Shown one piece after another: positions 45,143-51,309 of a stretch of 51,309 nucleotides of DNA. The notes beneath the pieces were generated by a model. That model searched no databases. It had not been told where the DNA came from and worked only from the letters and a program-made list of their open reading frames with translations. The translations under genes were made by a program, and so were the position numbers. Numbering within the stretch: the stretch's first letter is position 1; each line of letters starts with the position of its first letter. The DNA is from Euryarchaeota archaeon UBA250 (GTDB taxonomy: Archaea; Thermoplasmatota; Poseidoniia; Poseidoniales; Thalassarchaeaceae), in the NCBI GenBank assembly GCA_002504845.1, contig DATW01000044.1, forward strand, positions 1 through 51,309, written 5' to 3'.

Positions 45143-46570
45143 ATGAAAGGACCCTTCGCAGTGGGAGGGCACGTGTCGTACCCGGTCCTTCGCATCAAGG
45201 GAGCCACCGTGCTACGGGGTTCTCGGACTGTAGTGGAAGACATAGATCTCGATATAATGTGTGGAGAAATACTGTGTCTAACAGGTCCAAACGGATCTGG
45301 AAAATCAACACTTTTGGAGACACTCGCAGGGCTGCATGCTCCGAGATCCGGCGAGGTGGTGGTCCCTCTACCTAATCAGGAATCAATACCCATTCGAGAC
45401 TCAAGAGGCAGGAGAACACCAGTACCCGGTCTTTCCATCGCACTGCAGACTGATGGTGCATGCTTGGATGAAACGGTGTTGGAGAGACTCAAAACTGCAT
45501 CCACGGTCGCCGGAAAATCGCTGACCGATGAAACAATCTCTGCTGCCATGGAAAAGTGGGCATTGTCTCATAGGTCTGAAGATAGACTTGCAGTTTTGTC
45601 CCAAGGGTTGAGGAAAAGGGTGTCAATACTTGCTGCAATACTTCCCGCTATACAATCCAGTGAACCAAGAATTGTACTTCTAGACGAGCCAAGTGAAGGT
45701 CTTGACGCCGCATCACGGGACCTACTCCATGAATCGATATTTTCTCTTAGGGAGAAAGGCCATTCAGTTGTCATAGCGACACACGACGATGCCATAATCG
45801 AAATTTCCGACAGGACAGTTGAGATATCTTCGAGCACAATATCGTTAACCGGTCCGAATCATTCCGTTGATGACCCCCCGTTTAGAGATGCTACTCCCGT
45901 AGGCGGCGCGATATCGGCACTTGGCAGATGGATACTGGCTCTCGAGATGAGGAATCCAGTGGATACGGTCCAAAGAATAGTTCCAGCACTCCTAGCACTC
46001 TTCCTGCTCCGTTCAATAGGGTTGGATGCAATTTCAGACGGAGCTCCTTCATCACTCGCATTTTACATCCTGGCTCCTGCATTAATTGCAATCCTCGTGC
46101 GACCTGCACTCATCGACCGTCTCAAAGAGCGACGCTCCGGAGATTGGTGGCGTGCCCATCTTGGTCGATCCATAAGGCCCCTTTCATCAATAGTCGGCTC
46201 ACCATGGATATTGCCGATCCCATTGACGTATCTTTCCTTCATCGTACTCTCAAACGGCTCATCTGATATCGATCCTTCCGCATATGCGTGGTTATGGCTC
46301 CCAGCACTTTCCATGTTGGACATAGGGGCTGCAGCAACTGCGATACACATGCTCGTGTCTGGTTTTGAACGAAGCACTGCAGTTGCAGCATCTCTGATGA
46401 TGGCCATACTGATCTGGCCATTTCTTCTGCTGGTGGATGCCACTACCGAGATACTCTACCAAGGGATGTATTTTGACATCGGGTTCGATACGCCCTTGGG
46501 TCTGATCATATGCTCAAGTTTGATCGCTGCATCAGTATGGGGTGCAGCCGTCATCATACCCGACGAATGA
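45143..46570 (+). CDS. ccmA: ABC ATPase (CcmA-like) fused to a multi-TM permease-like domain in the ccmB position
   Basis: Walker A GPNGSGKS, signature LSQGLRKR, Walker B VLLDEPSEGLD and H-loop ATHD. From about residue 245 to 475 the sequence is hydrophobic helices. Context is immediately upstream of ccmC and ccmD. CcmB homology of the C-terminal half is not verified. Confidence 0.7.
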   Translation: MKGPFAVGGHVSYPVLRIKGATVLRGSRTVVEDIDLDIMCGEILCLTGPNGSGKSTLLETLAGLHAPRSGEVVVPLPNQESIPIRDSRGRRTPVPGLSIALQTDGACLDETVLERLKTASTVAGKSLTDETISAAMEKWALSHRSEDRLAVLSQGLRKRVSILAAILPAIQSSEPRIVLLDEPSEGLDAASRDLLHESIFSLREKGHSVVIATHDDAIIEISDRTVEISSSTISLTGPNHSVDDPPFRDATPVGGAISALGRWILALEMRNPVDTVQRIVPALLALFLLRSIGLDAISDGAPSSLAFYILAPALIAILVRPALIDRLKERRSGDWWRAHLGRSIRPLSSIVGSPWILPIPLTYLSFIVLSNGSSDIDPSAYAWLWLPALSMLDIGAAATAIHMLVSGFERSTAVAASLMMAILIWPFLLLVDATTEILYQGMYFDIGFDTPLGLIICSSLIAASVWGAAVIIPDE

Positions 46571-46579
46571 AGGCATTGA

Positions 46580-46586
46580 TTCATTG
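46580..46586 (+). promoter_or_regulatory. Candidate TATA-like box (TTCATTG) for ccmC
   Basis: It begins exactly 30 nt upstream of ATG 46610. Confidence 0.4.
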
Positions 46587-46609
46587 ATGATGGCCGTGAC
46601 GGTGAACTC

Positions 46610-47326
46610 ATGGTACGCATCCCCGCCCAGGCCATCGCCTTGTTGGCATTGGGGTCGGGAGGCTTAGTTGCAACCATATTCCTCGGAATCATGTGGGCTC
46701 CTGACGTCAATCCGAGCCAGTGGAGGGCTCCTGCTGCGTATCGGATAATATTCCTCCACGTGCCTTTTGCCTGGACATCTTTTCTTGCTTTCGGCATGCT
46801 CTTTTGGGGATCATTGGGATGGTACCTGCGTCGCACTGAACGTTCATGGAGGTTAGTTCAATCCGGATCCGATTTAGGACTTCTATTCGGTATCGGCGTC
46901 ATAACTTCAGGACCAATATGGGGTATGGCTGAATGGGGCGTTCCTTGGGATTGGGCCGATCTGCGGCTCAATACCTTCGCGCTGCTCACCGCTCTTGCAC
47001 TGTTCATCGTCATGGCGAGGCGATCGCAACCGGATCATGATTCAACAAGGGATACTATTGCTGCAGTGGGGTTATTCGGATTCATACTAGTCCCCATCAC
47101 GGCAGTAGCAACGACCCTGTATCAGAAGAGACATCCTGGAGTGGTAATCATAGAAAGTGAGGATTCCGGGCTCGATCCGGCCATCCGTGCAGTGATGATG
47201 GTGGGATTCGTTTCCATCACGCTCCTATTCATCGGATTTACGATAATCTCTGACAAACTATATTCTGCAGAGGCTGAGATAGAATTGAACCTCAAGGCCC
47301 TCGATGAAATGGATGGGGGCGAGTGA
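46610..47326 (+). CDS. ccmC: Heme exporter / cytochrome c maturation protein CcmC
   Basis: YRIIFLHVPFAW carries the first conserved His. The WWD motif is GPIWGMAEWGVPWDWADLRLNT. The second His lies in LYQKRHPG. Confidence 0.9.
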   Translation: MVRIPAQAIALLALGSGGLVATIFLGIMWAPDVNPSQWRAPAAYRIIFLHVPFAWTSFLAFGMLFWGSLGWYLRRTERSWRLVQSGSDLGLLFGIGVITSGPIWGMAEWGVPWDWADLRLNTFALLTALALFIVMARRSQPDHDSTRDTIAAVGLFGFILVPITAVATTLYQKRHPGVVIIESEDSGLDPAIRAVMMVGFVSITLLFIGFTIISDKLYSAEAEIELNLKALDEMDGGE

Positions 47327-47486
47327 ATTGGCAGGAGAGACACACCTCATTGTAGCATATGTCATCTTGATTGGCTCTCTCGCACTTTATGGGAATTGGT
47401 TGCGGTCGAGATACCGCAATATTGCAAATTCACGGGCCAGCACCCTTGAAGCCCGAACCCCCCACCCTCGTGATGGCGAGGACTGA
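47304..47486 (+). CDS. ccmD: Small single-TM protein in the CcmD position
   Basis: A 60-aa product with one TM helix (HLIVAYVILIGSLALYGNW) followed by the basic RSRYR. It overlaps the ccmC 3' end, and its stop overlaps the nmd3 ATG (TGATG). The assignment rests on size, topology and position only. Confidence 0.45.
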   Translation: MKWMGASELAGETHLIVAYVILIGSLALYGNWLRSRYRNIANSRASTLEARTPHPRDGED

Positions 47487-48544
47487 TGGCACAGGAGTTC
47501 TGCATCGTCTGTGGGGCCCCTCCGCCCGTATACGCTGGTCGACTTTGCGAGTCTTGCCTCCGAGATAGAACGCATCTATCCAAGATACCCGAACGTCTGC
47601 AGCAAGCAAGATGCTCAAAGTGTAGGCTTCACAACGTGGGGAAGAGTTGGAGCGATAATGACGATCTGTCGATAGCAGAAATTAGAGTCCAGGATCATCT
47701 TGAGATTCTATCTGAAGCAGAGGACGTTGATGTCGGACTCACCGTCGAGACAATTGACGATAGAACCTCCCGGATATCTATAGATGTCAGTGCAACGGTG
47801 CACGGCTTACCCTTCGATGACCAACATACCGTACTCCTCCAGACAAGCGACACAATCTGTCAGACCTGCTCAAGAAAAGACGGCGCCTACTTCGAGGCAG
47901 AGTTCCAGATAAGATCCGCAGGAAGGAGGTTGTCCAAGGATGAAATAGGCGTCATTCGAAATACTCTGAATGAGATGCTTGAGGAAGGGGCCAATGATCC
48001 GTTGTTCTTCATTACGAAAGAGGGCCCTGTTCAAGGGGGGTGGGATCTTCAGCTAGGCTCTAAATCAATGGCGAGAATGTGGGCCAGGAGACTGGCGAGC
48101 CGCTTCGGCGGCACCATCAAGGAAACATCCACTGTAATCGGCGTCAAAGACGGTGCAGAGGTAACGCGCCTCACCGTTTCCTACAGGAAGCCCGCTTTCT
48201 CCATAGGAGACGTCCTCAAGTTAAAGGATAAACTCTGGATCGTCACCTCTTGGCAGAAGGATGGGCCCATCCTAGGTTCGTTTTCCTCCAATCAAAGAAG
48301 TGGAAAGACTTGGAGGGATATGGAAAAATCATCCGTGGTATGCCCAACTAACGATCAGATAACTGTCCAGATACTCGATCGTGACGGATCTGCAGCAGAA
48401 GTCCTGATACCAGGTGATTGGAAGATGGCCACCGTCGCCCTCCCCTTCGACTACGATGGAGAAGAGTCAATCCGTATTGGGTTGATAGACCATCAATGGC
48501 TGGCAATCCCGTATGCAGAGGGAGGGGGGCCCGGAGATGCCTGA
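47486..48544 (+). CDS. nmd3: NMD3 family (60S/50S subunit-binding) protein
   Basis: The N-terminal Cys clusters are CIVC, CESC, CSKC and CQTC. YFEAEFQIRSAGRRLSKDE matches the NMD3 yyeAilQvR landmark. The length is typical of archaeal homologues. Confidence 0.7.
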   Translation: MAQEFCIVCGAPPPVYAGRLCESCLRDRTHLSKIPERLQQARCSKCRLHNVGKSWSDNDDLSIAEIRVQDHLEILSEAEDVDVGLTVETIDDRTSRISIDVSATVHGLPFDDQHTVLLQTSDTICQTCSRKDGAYFEAEFQIRSAGRRLSKDEIGVIRNTLNEMLEEGANDPLFFITKEGPVQGGWDLQLGSKSMARMWARRLASRFGGTIKETSTVIGVKDGAEVTRLTVSYRKPAFSIGDVLKLKDKLWIVTSWQKDGPILGSFSSNQRSGKTWRDMEKSSVVCPTNDQITVQILDRDGSAAEVLIPGDWKMATVALPFDYDGEESIRIGLIDHQWLAIPYAEGGGPGDA

Positions 48545-49574
48545 CCAGATTGAACTTCTAGCGCAGCATGACAAGCAGGACATGGCGGGCTTCACCCGTG
48601 CCTTCGTGGATGATCTGGAAAACGCTTTTCAGAAGGATATCGGAATTATCGGCGATGATGATTGGGTCGGCGTGCTGTGTATCGGAATGGGGGGCTCAGG
48701 CGCGAGTGGAACGTTCCTGACATCTATTGCAGATAGGCAGGCGGGTCTCCCAGTACTCCATTGGAGGGACTACGGACTCCCTTCTTGGTGGGGGCCGGAA
48801 TGGCTCGTCATCGCAACATCATATTCCGGAAATACAGAGGAAACCTTGGATGGGGTGTCAAAGGCCCTGGAGGAGGGGGGCAGCGTCATTGGAATATCCT
48901 CCGGAGGCAAACTGGAGGAGATACTTTCCGACAGGGAGGATGCTGTTCACATCGCAATTCCAAGCGGCCAAATGCCGAGATCGGCCTTCGGGCATCTCAT
49001 CGGTACGCAACTCTCCATACTCTGGTCCATGGGCCTACTCCCAGCCCCGAAGGACGAAGATATCGAGGGCATGATTGGCAGATTGAGACGACTCTCGTCG
49101 GATTGGGACCCATCGACCGGATCAACACAGGCGTATGGGGCTGCTAAGTCGATCGGCGAAAACGACATTGGCATAGTGTCTCCGAGCATAATAGGGTGCG
49201 CTGCTCGCAGATTCGTAAGCCAACTGAATGAGAACTCAGACCTATTCGCCCGCTCCTCAGAGGTGCCTGAGATGAACCACAATGAGATAATTCCCTGGAC
49301 AGAGCAAGCATCAGAGGGCCAAGCGCTAGTAGTGATTCATTCCAGCCTCTCAAACGATAGGACCTCATCAAGAATGAAGTGGTTCGAGGAGCACTCTGGC
49401 GACACAGCAAGAGTGGTTCTGAATGCCACAGGAGAAACCCTTGTCGAGCAGTTACTCGGTATGGCGCATATCACTGATTGGATCAGCATAATGCTGGCGG
49501 TTTCTCGTGGCGTAGATCCGTCCGAGATGGCTGCTATCCCCTCGCTCAAGGCCCATCTGGAAGAGATTCAGTAA
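48537..49574 (+). CDS. Bifunctional phosphoglucose/phosphomannose isomerase (SIS domain)
   Basis: GMGGSGASG and SYSGNTEET are SIS landmarks, and the roughly 345-aa size is typical of the archaeal PGI/PMI family. ATG 48537 overlaps the nmd3 stop by 8 nt. Confidence 0.75.
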   Translation: MPDQIELLAQHDKQDMAGFTRAFVDDLENAFQKDIGIIGDDDWVGVLCIGMGGSGASGTFLTSIADRQAGLPVLHWRDYGLPSWWGPEWLVIATSYSGNTEETLDGVSKALEEGGSVIGISSGGKLEEILSDREDAVHIAIPSGQMPRSAFGHLIGTQLSILWSMGLLPAPKDEDIEGMIGRLRRLSSDWDPSTGSTQAYGAAKSIGENDIGIVSPSIIGCAARRFVSQLNENSDLFARSSEVPEMNHNEIIPWTEQASEGQALVVIHSSLSNDRTSSRMKWFEEHSGDTARVVLNATGETLVEQLLGMAHITDWISIMLAVSRGVDPSEMAAIPSLKAHLEEIQ

Positions 49575-50149
49575 ATCGGCCCCATTACCATTCGCGGGTC
49601 AGGATATTTGGCAAGCGCCTCTTCTCTGTGCGCAGGATTGACTACCCCGGGCATGTCATGGGTTTCAGGATCGGACCACGACAGCTGAAAGTGGAGATGA
49701 GGGTCCCAGCCGCCATTCTCATGTTTATCCCCCATCCAGCAAATCACCTCGCCCCTCGATATCTTTTGTCCAACCTCTTTGCCAGTAATCGAATCTGAAT
49801 TCAAATGCCCGTAAAGAGCCCATATCGGACGGTCCCCGATGAAATGTTTGGTGACCAATACATTCCCATAATCTCCATCAGCTGGGTTGTATCCAAAGTA
49901 CGATACTTCCCCTTCTTCAAATGCCATACAAGGAGTCCCTACCGGACCTCCGATATCTATGCCAATGTGTAGAAATCTACCATCTGAGAAGAGATCTGTA
50001 GAATACATGCCAGGCCTCATCTCGTCATATCTGCCAATGTCAAATTCGAATTCAGAGGGCAAATATTCACCAGTAGTAAAGTCCCTCACTTCATATTCAT
50101 CTGGCAGATTTACCACGGGATGATATTTCCCTGTCTGCCAATTCATCAT
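49568..50149 (-). CDS. M23 (LytM-type) metallopeptidase domain protein without a signal peptide
   Basis: HIGIDI (HxxxD) and PHLHFQL (HxH) with a glycine-rich beta core between them. ATG 50149 (MMNWQ...) was preferred over the TTG at 50194. Confidence 0.75.
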   Translation of the reverse strand: MMNWQTGKYHPVVNLPDEYEVRDFTTGEYLPSEFEFDIGRYDEMRPGMYSTDLFSDGRFLHIGIDIGGPVGTPCMAFEEGEVSYFGYNPADGDYGNVLVTKHFIGDRPIWALYGHLNSDSITGKEVGQKISRGEVICWMGDKHENGGWDPHLHFQLSWSDPETHDMPGVVNPAHREEALAKYPDPRMVMGPIY

Positions 50150-50190
50150 GAGAGATCGGAGTAGAGGATTACTGATGATTATTACCAATA

Positions 50191-51309
50191 TCAATCATTG
50201 TCACTTTCATTCAATCCTTCAAGTAAATTTGTAGATGATGATGGTATGGATTCCACATCTTTCAGTTTGCGTTCCATAGCCCTAAGTCGGCGTTGTACGG
50301 AGTCTTTGCCATCTCCCCCAATTGTATTCGCCGCAGTGTTGAGTTGTCTATGCAGTGTGTCCATCATTCCACCAAATTTGACAAATTCAGTTTTCACAGC
50401 ACCTAGCACGTTCCATACTTCACTCGCTGAGGCTTCCAGAGCTAGAGTTCTGAAGCCCATCTGAAGGCTGTTTACAAATGCGGCTAATGTGGAGGGCCCC
50501 GTCACCACAATTTGACAATCTCGTTGAAGTTTCTCAAACAGACCAGGCCTCCTAACCACATCAGCATAGAGTCCTTCAGTGGGGAGGAACATAACTGCGA
50601 AATCAGTAGTGTGCGGTGCAGAAACATACTCCTTTCTGATAGTCTTCGCCTTGTTAGTCACATTGGACTCAAACTTGGAATATGCTTTCTCAATGAGGTC
50701 CTTATCCCCTTCATCTAATGCATCCAATAATCGCTCATAATCTTCCTTTGGAAACTTGCAATCTATTGGAAGCCAAACTGGATCATCTAAATTTCCATCT
50801 GAACCTGGAAGTTTGATGGCAAATTCAACTTGCCCCCTGCAATCAGGATGTGTTTTGACGTTCTTTCCATATTGATTGGGGGAGAGTATACTCTGCAGAA
50901 TCTGCTCTGCTTGTATCTCCCCCATTGCTCCTCGCGTAGAGACATTAGCTAGTACTTTCTTGAGATCGGCCGTATCTGTTGCAAGGGCCTGCATTTCACC
51001 TAAACCCCGCTGAACTGCTTCAAGTCTCTCACTCACTTGTTTAAATGACTCCCCAATCCTCTTTTCGAGTGTAGATTGTAATTTTTCATCCACTACTAAT
51101 CGCATTTCATCTAATTTCTTTTCATTCCCTTCCTTCAGCTTCTCAATATTCTCTGAAACAGCTGCTAAGTGCTCTTGCTGAGACTTGCCAAGGGCCTGCA
51201 AAGTATGCATCTGAGAGTCTCCCATCTCCCGAATTTCTCTTCTGAGCTCTGAATCTCTATTGGAGTCATCTTGCGAAAATAACCGCCAAACGGCGATAAT
51301 CAGAGCCAG
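50191..51309 (-). CDS. rmuC: DNA recombination protein RmuC (5' end outside the window)
   Basis: A coiled-coil N-terminal half, RGAMGEIQAEQILQSIL and VEFAIKLPG...LPIDCKFPKEDYERL. The frame stays open from 51225 to the window edge and encodes a TM-like LALIIAVW, so the true start lies beyond 51309. Confidence 0.88.
   Translation of the reverse strand: MALIIAVWRLFSQDDSNRDSELRREIREMGDSQMHTLQALGKSQQEHLAAVSENIEKLKEGNEKKLDEMRLVVDEKLQSTLEKRIGESFKQVSERLEAVQRGLGEMQALATDTADLKKVLANVSTRGAMGEIQAEQILQSILSPNQYGKNVKTHPDCRGQVEFAIKLPGSDGNLDDPVWLPIDCKFPKEDYERLLDALDEGDKDLIEKAYSKFESNVTNKAKTIRKEYVSAPHTTDFAVMFLPTEGLYADVVRRPGLFEKLQRDCQIVVTGPSTLAAFVNSLQMGFRTLALEASASEVWNVLGAVKTEFVKFGGMMDTLHRQLNTAANTIGGDGKDSVQRRLRAMERKLKDVESIPSSSTNLLEGLNESDND

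Overview
This 51.3-kb segment reads as chromosomal DNA from a streamlined planktonic euryarchaeon. Archaeal information genes are present: radA, hel308, rpoK, cgi121, nmd3, an NFACT/Rqc2-like gene, and an initiator tRNA-Met with A1:U72. They are interleaved with bacterial-type genes: orn, uvrC, kynA, rmuC, an M23 peptidase and ccmABCD. Other content (S8, M3 and M29 peptidases, thiolase, heme O/A synthases, several giant membrane-anchored surface proteins) resembles Marine Group II/III (Poseidoniales-like) genomes. That lineage call is inference only. I call 42 CDS and 1 tRNA. Spacers are mostly 60 nt or shorter. I saw no rRNA, CRISPR array, transposase, integrase or prophage signature, so this looks like core genome rather than an accessory island. 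I could not identify a convincing multi-gene novel system. The best single candidates are: (1) a complete NB-ARC-type STAND NTPase fused to an N-terminal winged helix (8555-10675); (2) a furin/kexin-type S8B convertase with furin-like overall topology (31599-35273); (3) an orphan 960-aa acidic surface protein (3908-6790); (4) a partner-less JAMM protein (2235-2933); (5) an Lys/Arg-rich N-terminal extension on an AstE/AspA-family enzyme (30224-30460). A sequence-level regularity is also reported: a TTCAWW box sits 29-30 nt upstream of seven plus-strand starts, including the tRNA. This implies leaderless transcripts and helps choose start codons. Several ORF-track starts are TTG/GTG over-extensions and were trimmed, as noted per feature.
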